64,000 nt of DNA from Candidatus Cloacimonadales bacterium (GTDB lineage Bacteria; Cloacimonadota; Cloacimonadia; Cloacimonadales; JAFGVF01): assembly GCA_963678315.1 (NCBI GenBank), contig OY782781.1:1600001-1664000 (forward strand), in the 5' to 3' direction. Under the pieces are notes generated by a model. That model made no database searches and was not told where the DNA came from. It saw only the letters and a list, made by a program, of their open reading frames with translations. Positions within the stretch are counted from its first letter, which is position 1. Every line of letters begins with the position of its first letter. Positions 17,835 through 27,128 of the stretch are shown here, in pieces. The position numbers and the translations under genes are program-made.

Positions 17835-18269
17835 ATGGCTAACGAATGGATGAATTTAGGTCATAGTTTAGAAGACTATTTAGAGAAGATTTTATTATTA
17901 GGTTTAACAAACGAAAAGATAAGAGTAACAGATTTAGCTATTAAACTTGGTGTGAAAAAGCCATCAGTAGTATCAGCATTAAAAAAGCTAGCAGAGATGG
18001 ACTTCATTGTTTATGAGAAGTATAAAGATATATATCTTACAGAGAAAGGTAGAGAGTATGCTGGTAAAATCTATAGAAGACATTTAACTTTAACTAGATT
18101 CTTCAATGAAATTCTTGGTATTGATTATGAACAAGCAGAAGAAGATGCATGTGCAGTTGAACACGACTTAAGTGTTACAAGTTTTAATAGAATATTTGGA
18201 TTAATTGAATACTTTGAAAGGGATTCTGAAGCCAGAGAGGTAATTGAAAGATTTAAAAAGAAGTCGTAG
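17835..18269 (+). CDS. DtxR/MntR-family metal-dependent transcriptional regulator
   Basis: SLEDYLEKI, LGVKKPSV, LTEKG, RRH..L..FF, AEEDACAVEH. Confidence 0.93.
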   Translation: MANEWMNLGHSLEDYLEKILLLGLTNEKIRVTDLAIKLGVKKPSVVSALKKLAEMDFIVYEKYKDIYLTEKGREYAGKIYRRHLTLTRFFNEILGIDYEQAEEDACAVEHDLSVTSFNRIFGLIEYFERDSEAREVIERFKKKS

Positions 18270-18277
18270 GGGAATAG

Positions 18278-18742
18278 ATGAAAAGCACATTACACAATAT
18301 TATTAAATCGTATAAAGATAAGAAAGGTTTTTTAATTCCACTATTGCAAGCTATACAGAGAGAAGAAGGGTATTTATCAAGAGAATCAATTATTCAAGTT
18401 TCAGATGAAACAGGTGTTTCAAAAGCAGAAATCTATGGCGTAGCAACATTTTATACTATGTTTAGATTGAAAGCTCAAGGTAAGCACACAATTAGAATCT
18501 GTAAAGGAACAGCCTGTCATGTATCTGGAGCAAAAACAATTCTTGAGGCAATTCAAGATGAACTAAATCTAAGTAATGAGAAAGATACCACTGATGATGG
18601 TATGTTTACGCTCTTAGAAGTAGCATGTCTAGGTTGTTGTAGCTTAGCTCCAGTAATTATGATTGATGATAAAACTTATGGTAAACTTAGTTCAAGAAAA
18701 ATACCTGAGGTAATAAAATCATTTATTGAGGAGAATAAGTAA
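18278..18742 (+). CDS. NuoE/HydC-like [2Fe-2S] subunit (StnA-like)
   Basis: GVATFYTMF, CKGTACHV, ACLGCCSLAP. Confidence 0.9.
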   Translation: MKSTLHNIIKSYKDKKGFLIPLLQAIQREEGYLSRESIIQVSDETGVSKAEIYGVATFYTMFRLKAQGKHTIRICKGTACHVSGAKTILEAIQDELNLSNEKDTTDDGMFTLLEVACLGCCSLAPVIMIDDKTYGKLSSRKIPEVIKSFIEENK

Positions 18743-20508
18743 TGTCAGGAAAGATTATAAAAGTAGGTATGGCTTCTTGTGGTTTAGCTGCCGGCGCTCA
18801 ATCCATTTATGATACAATTCAAAAAATTATCATTGATAAAAAATTAGATATTACTTTGAAACAAACAGCTTGTAATGGCATGTGTCATTCAGAGCCTTTA
18901 ATTGAACTTCATGATTGTGACAGCCGCTATATTTATGGTAATCTAGAAAAAAATGATGTTGAAAGTATTATTCTTAATTTTAACAACAACGAATATAAGC
19001 AAAGCAAGTTAATATACTCAAACAAAGTTGATGCAGAAGAAAACTATGTTCTTGAATCTCAAACTAGAATTGTGATGAGAAATTGTGGAGTTATTGACCC
19101 AGTTTCAATTGATGAATATCTCCAAGTAGATGGCTATAAGGCTTTATCAAAAGCTCTGCAGATGGACAGATTCTCAATTATAGATGAAATCTCAAAATCA
19201 GGGCTAAGAGGTCGTGGGGGAGCAGGATTCCCAACAGGACTAAAATGGAAATTTGCTTACGATAAAGAAAGTGCTAAGAAATTTGTAGTATGTAATGCTG
19301 ATGAAGGAGATCCAGGTGCTTTCATGGATAGGTCAGTTCTGGAAGGTGATCCTCATAATGTTATCGAAGGAATGATAATAGGAGCTTATGCAATAGGTGC
19401 TGATGAAGGTTATCTATATGTACGTGCTGAATATCCTTTAGCTATAAAACATCTTTCAATTGCAATCAAACAAGCTGAAGAAAAGGGCTTTCTAGGTAAG
19501 AATATTTTAGCTTCTGACTTTAACTTTAAACTTCACATTAAAGAAGGTGCTGGAGCATTTGTTTGTGGAGAAGAAACAGCTTTAATGGCTTCAATTGAAG
19601 GTAAGAGAGGTATGCCAAATCTAAGACCACCTTTCCCTGCAGAATCAGGTTTATGGGGTTATCCAACAAATATCAATAATGTTGAAACTTGGGCTAACAT
19701 CTCCTGGATTATTCTCAATGGTGCTGAAGAATATGCAAAATATGGTACTGAGAAATCTCGTGGAACAAAAGTCTTTGCCTTAGCCGGAAAGATTAAGAAT
19801 TCTGGATTGATAGAGGTTCCTATGGGTATCAGTCTAAAAGATGTAATCTATAAAGTTGGTGGTGGTATGAAGACAGAATCACCCTTTAAAGCAGTTCAGC
19901 TTGGAGGACCATCAGGAGGATGTGTTCCTGAAGAATTACTGGATACAATTGTTGATTATGATTCTATAAACAAAACTGGAGCTATCATGGGTTCTGGTGG
20001 AATGGTTGTAATGGATTATGATACATGTATGGTTGATGTGGCTAAATTCTTTTTAAACTTCACACAAAATGAATCTTGTGGCAAGTGTACTTTCTGCAGA
20101 ATAGGCACCAAGAGAATGCTGGAAATATTAGAAAAGATTACTAAAGGTGATGGTCAACTTGAAGATATTGAGAAACTAGAGCAACTATCTGATAAAATAA
20201 TAACAACTTCTCTATGTGGTTTAGGACAGACAGCTCCTAACCCAGTTCTAACAACATTAAGGTACTTTAAAAAAGAATATGAAGAACATATTGTAGATAA
20301 ACATTGTTCTGCTAAAGTATGTACAGATTTACTGAAATATTCAATCGATAAAGATAAGTGTATAGGATGTACAGCTTGTGCAAGAGTTTGTCCAGTAAAT
20401 TGCATTTCAGGGGAAGTTAAAAAAGTTCATGAGATAGACCAAACTAAATGTATAAAATGTGGTTCTTGTTTTACAGCTTGTAAGTTTGATGCTGTGGAAA
20501 TTAGTTAG
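18742..20508 (+). CDS. NuoF/HydB-like FMN/NADH-binding subunit with N-terminal 2Fe-2S and C-terminal 2[4Fe-4S] (StnB-like)
   Basis: GLRGRGGAGFPTGLKW, NADEGDPGAFMD, GAGAFVCGEET, ESCGKCTFCR, CIGCTACARVCP, CIKCGSCFTAC. Confidence 0.93.
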   Translation: MSGKIIKVGMASCGLAAGAQSIYDTIQKIIIDKKLDITLKQTACNGMCHSEPLIELHDCDSRYIYGNLEKNDVESIILNFNNNEYKQSKLIYSNKVDAEENYVLESQTRIVMRNCGVIDPVSIDEYLQVDGYKALSKALQMDRFSIIDEISKSGLRGRGGAGFPTGLKWKFAYDKESAKKFVVCNADEGDPGAFMDRSVLEGDPHNVIEGMIIGAYAIGADEGYLYVRAEYPLAIKHLSIAIKQAEEKGFLGKNILASDFNFKLHIKEGAGAFVCGEETALMASIEGKRGMPNLRPPFPAESGLWGYPTNINNVETWANISWIILNGAEEYAKYGTEKSRGTKVFALAGKIKNSGLIEVPMGISLKDVIYKVGGGMKTESPFKAVQLGGPSGGCVPEELLDTIVDYDSINKTGAIMGSGGMVVMDYDTCMVDVAKFFLNFTQNESCGKCTFCRIGTKRMLEILEKITKGDGQLEDIEKLEQLSDKIITTSLCGLGQTAPNPVLTTLRYFKKEYEEHIVDKHCSAKVCTDLLKYSIDKDKCIGCTACARVCPVNCISGEVKKVHEIDQTKCIKCGSCFTACKFDAVEIS

Positions 20509-20516
20509 GAGAATTA

Positions 20517-23500
20517 ATGGTTAAGATAAATTTGAATGGTATTGATATTGAGGCTAAAGAAGGCCAAACAATATTAGAAGTAGCAGAAGAACATGGATAT
20601 AAAATCCCTACTTTATGTCATGACGAAGAATTAAAACCTTATGGTTCTTGTTGGGTATGTGCAGTAAAAGTTGAAGGAAGAAAAGGGTTTGTTACTTCTT
20701 GTGGTACTAAAATAAACGATGGAATGGTAATTGATACAGAAGGTGAATCAGTAAAACAAGCTAGAAAAATGGCTTTAGAATTGTTGGTTTCAGACCACTA
20801 TGCTGATTGTCAAGCTCCATGTAAAACAGCTTGTCCTGCAGATATTGATGTTCAATCTTATGTTTCTTTAATCGCTAATAAACAGTATCATGAAGCTGTT
20901 AGAGTGATAAAAGATAAATTGCCTATGCCTTTATCAATTGGCAGAGTTTGTCCTGCTTTTTGTGAAGAAGAATGTAGAAGACAGCTAGTTGAAGATTCAA
21001 TTGCGATTAGACAATTAAAAAGATTTGCAGCTGACTACGATGCTCAAGATTATTGGAATTATGTTCCTGAAAGGGAAGAAAATAAAAATAAAAGTGTAGC
21101 AATAATTGGTGGAGGACCTTCAGGATTGTCATGTGGCTATTACTTAACTGCAAAAGGCTATAATGTAAAAGTTTTTGAAGAAATGCCTCAAGCTGGGGGA
21201 TGGTTACGATATGGAATTCCTGAGTATAGACTACCTAAGGAAATTCTAGACCTTGAAATTGAAATAATGTGTGCTAATGGCATGGATATTCAATATAACA
21301 CTAAAATTGGTAGAGATATAGCTTTTAAAAATATAGTAGATGATTATGATGCAGTTTACTTAGCTATTGGAGCTTCAGACGCAGTTTCTATGGCAGTTCC
21401 AGGTAATGACCTTGAAGGTTGCTATTTAGGTGTAGATTTCTTGAAGGCAAATGCTTTGGGTAATGCTCCAGACCTTGGAAAGAAAGTAGCTGTAATTGGT
21501 GGTGGAAATACTGCTATTGATTGTGTCAGAACTGCTGTAAGACTTGGTACAGAGGCAACAATAGTCTACCGTAGAGCTGAAGCTCAAATGCCAGCTGAAG
21601 ATTTTGAAATTGAAGCTGCTAAAAAAGAAGGTGTTAAGTTTAAGCTTCTAACCAACCCTGTTGAATATATTGGTGAAAATGGTAAGCTAAGCAAGATTAA
21701 ACTAGAAAAGATGGAGCTTGGTGAAGCAGATTCTTCAGGGAGAAGACGTCCACAAGCAACAGGAGAATACGAAATTGAAGAATTTGATTCTGTTATAGCT
21801 GCAATTTCCCAAAAGCCCAACATTGATTTCCTTTTAGAAGAAAGCTCAAAAATTGAAGGGGAAGAATTACCTTTAACTAGATGGAATACGCTGGAAACTC
21901 CTCAAGAAACAATGTATTCAGGTTTAGGAAATGTATTCGCTGGTGGCGATTTTAGAAGAGGTCCAGCTACAGCTGTAGAAGCTATTGGAGATGCTAAGAA
22001 AGCAAGTCAAGCAATTGATAAATTCTTGCAAGGCGAAAAACTAGACAAGCCTAAATATAGATTTAATTCTGTAAAAGCTAATAAAATTAGTGATATTAGA
22101 AAGGACTTGTATGCCGAATATGACAAAGTTGAAAGAGCTAAAATGCCTGAAATTGATGTTGAGCAAGCAAGAAGTTCATTTGCCGAAGTAGAAACTGGAT
22201 TTACAGAAGAACAGGCGATAAATGAAGCTAAGAGATGTCTTGAATGTGGTTGCCAAGTTAATGAAACTTGTGCTCTAAGAATCTATGCTTCTGAATATAA
22301 TGTTTCACAGGATTTATTCTTTGGTGATGTAAATCAACATCCAATTGATGATTCACACCCATTTATTCTTCGTGATGCAAACAAGTGTGTTAACTGTGGA
22401 AGATGTGTTAGAACATGTGCTGAGATTCAAGGAGCTGGGGTTCTTGGTTATATTTATAGAGGTTTTGAAACCTTAGTAGCACCAGAATTTGGTGAAAGCT
22501 TAACTAATACTTCTTGTGAATCTTGCGGTAAATGTATAGCAGTTTGTCCAACAGGTGCTCTGATCCCTAAGAATATAAACTACAAACTTAATCCATTAGA
22601 AAATAATAAAGTAATTCAATCTTGTGGCATGTGTGGTAGCGGTTGCGATATCTTAGTTGATGTACAATCAGATAAAGTTACTACAATCTCAACACCAGCT
22701 GAATGGGACGAAGTCTTCTTACCTCAAGAGTATGATAATAAGAAGTCATTTAACGGTAGAAATCTATGCTATAAAGGTAGATTTGGCTGGCAAAAGCTCT
22801 CAATTAATGATGATTCTCCAAAGCTCTTTAATGGAGAGGCATGGGATGATATTGATTATTTGCAAGTAAAACAAATTCTTGCTGATAAAATCCTAGGTGG
22901 ATTCTGTGTAGTTCCTTCTCCTAACCTAACAATAGAAGAATTGCTAATTGCTGAAGAGTTAGGAAAGTACAAGAATTCTGCTATCAAACCACTTATTGAA
23001 TTAGATGATTTTACTAGTGAAATGCTTAAAGCAGACTTTAGTGTAGTGACTAAAGAAAGGTTTGAAAAGGCTGAAAACTATGTTATTATTGGTGAAATAT
23101 CACATACACTTAGAACATTAGTAAGACTGGAACAGTTAAAAGGAAAAGGCTTAATATTAATAGATTATCCAGAAAGTGATTTTAGTAAGTTCGCAGACAA
23201 AGCTTTTACTAGTATTGATGACTTGGATTGGAGTGATTTAACAAATACTGTAATTCTATTTGATATGGCTAGAAAAGATATTGATAAAATATATAGTAAA
23301 TGTTTAGAAATTAGTGATTTCACTGAAAGCAGCTTCTTATATCCTAATTCTAAATATAATAATATTAGAGCTTACAACTATTTCTATACATCATCAGAAG
23401 ATACTAGCAATGATAAACCTGTAATATTCTTTGGTGATATACCTGTTGACTTCAAAAAGAATAGCTTTACAGTACTTATTAGTGATGTCTTTGATACTTC

Positions 23501-23807
23501 CTTAGATATTGACTTGTTTATTCCTAAAGCATCATATTTAGATATTGATGGTATTGCTTTGGCTGATGATATGAGGACAAAAGTATTTTCAAAAGCAACC
23601 AATAAAATGCTGCATGAACAGTTGGTGGTTAGTTTTGCTGAAATAGGTATAATTCCAATCAGTATGGCTGAAATTACAAACTGGAATAATCGAGCAGATA
23701 AATTCTTAGAGAATCTCTCTCTCGAAAATAAAAAGATTGACATTGACAAGAGTAAATTCTTATCTAAATATAAAGAAGATATAGTTAGATTTGATTTGTT
23801 TAAATAG
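20517..23807 (+). CDS. NuoG-N/GltD(NfnB-like)/Fe-S/degenerate molybdopterin-fold fusion (StnC-like)
   Basis: IPTLCH..GSCWVC, CQAPCKTACP, GRVCPAFCE, GGGPSG, YGIPEYRL, GGGNTAIDC, EAKRCLECGC, CVNCGRCVRTC, CESCGKCIAVCP, CGMCGSGC; decayed C-terminus. Confidence 0.85.
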   Translation: MVKINLNGIDIEAKEGQTILEVAEEHGYKIPTLCHDEELKPYGSCWVCAVKVEGRKGFVTSCGTKINDGMVIDTEGESVKQARKMALELLVSDHYADCQAPCKTACPADIDVQSYVSLIANKQYHEAVRVIKDKLPMPLSIGRVCPAFCEEECRRQLVEDSIAIRQLKRFAADYDAQDYWNYVPEREENKNKSVAIIGGGPSGLSCGYYLTAKGYNVKVFEEMPQAGGWLRYGIPEYRLPKEILDLEIEIMCANGMDIQYNTKIGRDIAFKNIVDDYDAVYLAIGASDAVSMAVPGNDLEGCYLGVDFLKANALGNAPDLGKKVAVIGGGNTAIDCVRTAVRLGTEATIVYRRAEAQMPAEDFEIEAAKKEGVKFKLLTNPVEYIGENGKLSKIKLEKMELGEADSSGRRRPQATGEYEIEEFDSVIAAISQKPNIDFLLEESSKIEGEELPLTRWNTLETPQETMYSGLGNVFAGGDFRRGPATAVEAIGDAKKASQAIDKFLQGEKLDKPKYRFNSVKANKISDIRKDLYAEYDKVERAKMPEIDVEQARSSFAEVETGFTEEQAINEAKRCLECGCQVNETCALRIYASEYNVSQDLFFGDVNQHPIDDSHPFILRDANKCVNCGRCVRTCAEIQGAGVLGYIYRGFETLVAPEFGESLTNTSCESCGKCIAVCPTGALIPKNINYKLNPLENNKVIQSCGMCGSGCDILVDVQSDKVTTISTPAEWDEVFLPQEYDNKKSFNGRNLCYKGRFGWQKLSINDDSPKLFNGEAWDDIDYLQVKQILADKILGGFCVVPSPNLTIEELLIAEELGKYKNSAIKPLIELDDFTSEMLKADFSVVTKERFEKAENYVIIGEISHTLRTLVRLEQLKGKGLILIDYPESDFSKFADKAFTSIDDLDWSDLTNTVILFDMARKDIDKIYSKCLEISDFTESSFLYPNSKYNNIRAYNYFYTSSEDTSNDKPVIFFGDIPVDFKKNSFTVLISDVFDTSLDIDLFIPKASYLDIDGIALADDMRTKVFSKATNKMLHEQLVVSFAEIGIIPISMAEITNWNNRADKFLENLSLENKKIDIDKSKFLSKYKEDIVRFDLFK

Positions 23808-23812
23808 ATTTG

Positions 23813-23849
23813 AGTAACTGCCATTGATTGAGGTGGCAGTTACTATTTA
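23813..23849 (+). terminator. Hairpin/terminator after the oxidoreductase operon
   Basis: AGTAACTGCCA-N10-TGGCAGTTACT followed by ATTTA (weak U tract). Confidence 0.6.
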
Positions 23850-23916
23850 CTAAACCTATAACAAATACCATATAGTAGATTAATTGTAACTGCAGTAGTT
23901 ATAATGTGAGGGGTTA

Positions 23917-24516
23917 ATGAATAAGAGATTAGAAAAAAAGAACTTAATAGCTGAAGCTGCAAAGTCACTTTTTGTGAAGTATGGCTATAGTAAAACATCT
24001 TTAGATGATATAGCTAAGGAAGCACATATTGGTAAAGGTACTATTTACTATTATTTTGAGTCCAAAGAAGATATATTTTTTACGATTACAGAGAATCAAA
24101 TTCAATCAATAACGCAACGACTTAAGATTAAAAGGCTTGAAAGAAGGATTAGGAATCATGAAGATTATTTTATCAATTGTATTCTTGAGCCATTCAATAT
24201 ATTGCTTGATTTTGATAATGTAATATTTGATTTGATACATACTTTAAAAACAACATATACTAAGACCTTAGATGAACTTGAAGATAGGTGGAAAGAATCT
24301 GTAATTGAGCATACAGAGCTTGTTATCAACAGATGTGCAGAAGAAGAAGGTTTCAAAGTTGATGCCAGAGAATTAGCTGAATCAATAATTTTCTTTCTAT
24401 ACCAAGAAAAAGAAGAAGATCTTATTGGGGTTACAGAGATTGATAAACTGATTACCCCAATCATTGATAAAGCAAGAGTCTTTTTAGGTTATATTTATCG
24501 AGGTCTTAATAAATAA
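23917..24516 (+). CDS. TetR/AcrR-family regulator
   Basis: LFVKYGYSKTSLDDIAKEAHIGKGTIYYYFESKEDI. Confidence 0.93.
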   Translation: MNKRLEKKNLIAEAAKSLFVKYGYSKTSLDDIAKEAHIGKGTIYYYFESKEDIFFTITENQIQSITQRLKIKRLERRIRNHEDYFINCILEPFNILLDFDNVIFDLIHTLKTTYTKTLDELEDRWKESVIEHTELVINRCAEEEGFKVDARELAESIIFFLYQEKEEDLIGVTEIDKLITPIIDKARVFLGYIYRGLNK

Positions 24517-24555
24517 TAGTCCGGTGAATAATTAATATTACTAGTGAGAATATAA

Positions 24556-25002
24556 ATGAAACAAATGATAAATAGAAAAGCAAAGCATGAATACTACTTT
24601 GTAGATAAGTTTGAAGCTGGAATAGCCCTTCAAGGAACTGAAATAAAGTCCATTAGACAAGGTAAGGTTAGTTTTAAAGATAGCTTTGCTAGAATAGATA
24701 AAAAGGGAGAAGTGTGGTTGCTTAATTTGCACATAACACCCTATGAAAAGTCTACTTATTTCAATCATGAAGCAACAAGACCAAGAAAGTTACTTCTTAA
24801 TAGGAGAGAGATTAAGAAACTAAATTCTAAAATTATTGAGGGAGGAATGACTCTTATTCCTGCTTCAATGTATATAAATGATAAAGGCTTATGTAAGGTT
24901 GAACTTGCTTTAGCTAAAGGTAAGAAGAATTACGATAAACGTGAAGTAATGCAGAAAAGAGATCAGAAACTCGATATGGATAGAGCAAGGAAACAAAGAT
25001 AA
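24556..25002 (+). CDS. smpB: SsrA-binding protein SmpB
   Basis: NRKAKHEY, EAGIALQGTEIKSIR, RPRKLLL, KGKKNYDKRE. Confidence 0.98.
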   Translation: MKQMINRKAKHEYYFVDKFEAGIALQGTEIKSIRQGKVSFKDSFARIDKKGEVWLLNLHITPYEKSTYFNHEATRPRKLLLNRREIKKLNSKIIEGGMTLIPASMYINDKGLCKVELALAKGKKNYDKREVMQKRDQKLDMDRARKQR

Positions 25003-25009
25003 TAGATAT

Positions 25010-26155
25010 ATGTTAAGAAATAAATTAATATTTTTAATTGCACTGTTTACGATATTTACCGGGATAGTTTTTGGTGATATCAATATACAGTTTGCAGGTA
25101 CTAGCGAATTTTATAAGCTGGAGTCGTTTAAAGTAAACAATATTGATTATGTTTATTTGAAAGACCTTAATAAAGTACTTCAAGGACAGCTTAGAGAAGT
25201 GTTGATTGATGATCGAGTATATTTCACTTTGTATAAAACTGAAATTAGTTTCTGTATTGAAAGCTCTTTCTTACACGTTTCAACTGCCCATTCTTACATT
25301 GACGATTATTATAATTTCTACTATCCTCTGATATATAAAGAAGGTAAGTACTCTATTCCTGAACATTTTGTGAATGAAATTCTACCTATGATATTCTCTG
25401 AGCAAATGCAGTTTCAAGATGGATTCTTAATTGTTAAAGAGAAGAATAAAGAGCCTATAGACGTAATTGTTATAGATCCTGGTCATGGTGGTAAGGATCC
25501 GGGGGCCTTAAGTAGCAAAGGAACTAAAGAAAAGAAGATAACTCTTGAAGTAGCCAAAAAGCTTAAGAAAAGGCTTGAAGAAGAACTTAACATTAAAGTT
25601 CTGCTCACTAGAGATGATGATAGCTTTGTTTCATTGAAAGATAGAACTAAATTTGCCAATGATAAAAAGGCTGACCTTTTTGTTTCACTTCACTGCAATG
25701 CCGCAAGAAATAAAAAAGCAGATGGGATAGAAGTTTACTACTTATCAGAAGCAAAGACAGATGATTCTAGAGCTGCTCAAGCCTTAGAAAACTCAGTTGT
25801 TGCAGAGTATGAAGGTAAGGATGCTGAAGAGTCTTATAATAGTGCTGATCTGGTAATTAGTGACCTTGTACAGTCAGCCCAGTTAATGGAGTCAATAAGT
25901 TTAGCATATAAGAGTCAAACTAACCTTATCTTAGAAACTGACACAACCGATAGGGGCGTAAAGTCTGCTAATTTCTATGTTTTAAGAGGTGCATTTATGC
26001 CTGCAGTTCTTATAGAGATGGGTTTTATTTCCAACAGTAAAGAAGCTAAGAAGTTAGTGAAGTCTTCTTATCAAGATAAAATTGTAGAAAGCTTATTCTA
26101 TGCTATTAAATCTTTTAAAGTCAGTTTTGACAGGAATAACAGTTTAAATGATTAA
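25010..26155 (+). CDS. N-acetylmuramoyl-L-alanine amidase (Amidase_3)
   Basis: Signal peptide; IDPGHGGKDPGA, EK.ITL, SLHCNA, VLIEMGFISN. Confidence 0.95.
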   Translation: MLRNKLIFLIALFTIFTGIVFGDINIQFAGTSEFYKLESFKVNNIDYVYLKDLNKVLQGQLREVLIDDRVYFTLYKTEISFCIESSFLHVSTAHSYIDDYYNFYYPLIYKEGKYSIPEHFVNEILPMIFSEQMQFQDGFLIVKEKNKEPIDVIVIDPGHGGKDPGALSSKGTKEKKITLEVAKKLKKRLEEELNIKVLLTRDDDSFVSLKDRTKFANDKKADLFVSLHCNAARNKKADGIEVYYLSEAKTDDSRAAQALENSVVAEYEGKDAEESYNSADLVISDLVQSAQLMESISLAYKSQTNLILETDTTDRGVKSANFYVLRGAFMPAVLIEMGFISNSKEAKKLVKSSYQDKIVESLFYAIKSFKVSFDRNNSLND

Positions 26156-27038
26156 ACCAATACCTCCTAAAAGACAAGCCAAAGAAGAAGAGATAAGACA
26201 TAACCTTAATAAAAGAAACTTAGATGATAAACCTCATCATCCCTTTGCCTATGTTCTAAGAGCTCTCTTTAGGTTCTTAGGACTTGAAGCATTAGGAGAA
26301 CTTAATACATTAAAAATTGATATGAGGGAAGAGAAGATAATTGATTCAAGGATTCCCTCTTTTTTTAATGGTTTTAAAATATTATTTATTACTGATTTGC
26401 ACCTAAATGGTCACCCAATTCTAATACGTTCATTACGACGATACCTCAAGAACAATGATGCAGACATAGTTTTGTTTGGAGGAGATTATCAAGTTAACTC
26501 TTATGGCAATTATAAGAAGATTAAAGCTATCTATAAGGAGTTGCTAAGAAATATTGATTGTAGCAACATTTACGCTGTTCTTGGAAATCATGATGAATAT
26601 ATAATTGGCAAGATATTGGATAAAATTGGTGTAAAGGTTCTGATTAACGAGTCGGTTACCTTCCATAAGGATGAACAAAGTCTTATTCTTACAGGCATTG
26701 ATGATGCCGATAGATATAAATCACATGAGTATCCTAAGATAAACTTCAACGACTTACAGTATAGAATACTTCTTACTCATACTCCCAAAGTTTATGAGTC
26801 AGCACATAGAGAAGGATATCACTTCTTGATAGCTGGACATACTCACGCTGGACAAGTTTGTCTTCCTGGTAGGATACCACTTCACAACTTTGATAAATTT
26901 CCGCATAAATTAGTTTATGGAAGGTGGAACTATAAATCAATGATTGGATTTACTTCTGCGGGAGTTGGCAATACTTGGATGAATATTAGGTTCTTTTGTC
27001 CTCCAGAAGTAGTTATGTTTACTTTGAGTAATAGTTGA
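26148..27038 (+). CDS. Calcineurin-like metallophosphoesterase (YkuE-like)
   Basis: TDLH, GGDY, GNHD, GHTHAGQ, RFFCPPE. Confidence 0.92.
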   Translation: MIKPIPPKRQAKEEEIRHNLNKRNLDDKPHHPFAYVLRALFRFLGLEALGELNTLKIDMREEKIIDSRIPSFFNGFKILFITDLHLNGHPILIRSLRRYLKNNDADIVLFGGDYQVNSYGNYKKIKAIYKELLRNIDCSNIYAVLGNHDEYIIGKILDKIGVKVLINESVTFHKDEQSLILTGIDDADRYKSHEYPKINFNDLQYRILLTHTPKVYESAHREGYHFLIAGHTHAGQVCLPGRIPLHNFDKFPHKLVYGRWNYKSMIGFTSAGVGNTWMNIRFFCPPEVVMFTLSNS

Positions 27039-27128
27039 TATTCTGTTAATAATAATTTACTTGCATAAAATAAATAACGTTTATATTTTGTAGTATAATA
27101 TTTTATATAAAAAACCTCAAATGGAGAG

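Noticed and set aside
18278..23807. [FeFe]-hydrogenase, formate dehydrogenase or complex I
   Set aside because: No H-cluster motifs, no intact Mo/W-binding domain or Cys/Sec ligand region, no membrane nuo genes; a GltD-like module is present instead.
24517..25010. tmRNA (ssrA) beside smpB
   Set aside because: The flanking gaps are only 39 and 7 nt; I recognised no tmRNA, tRNA or rRNA anywhere in the window.
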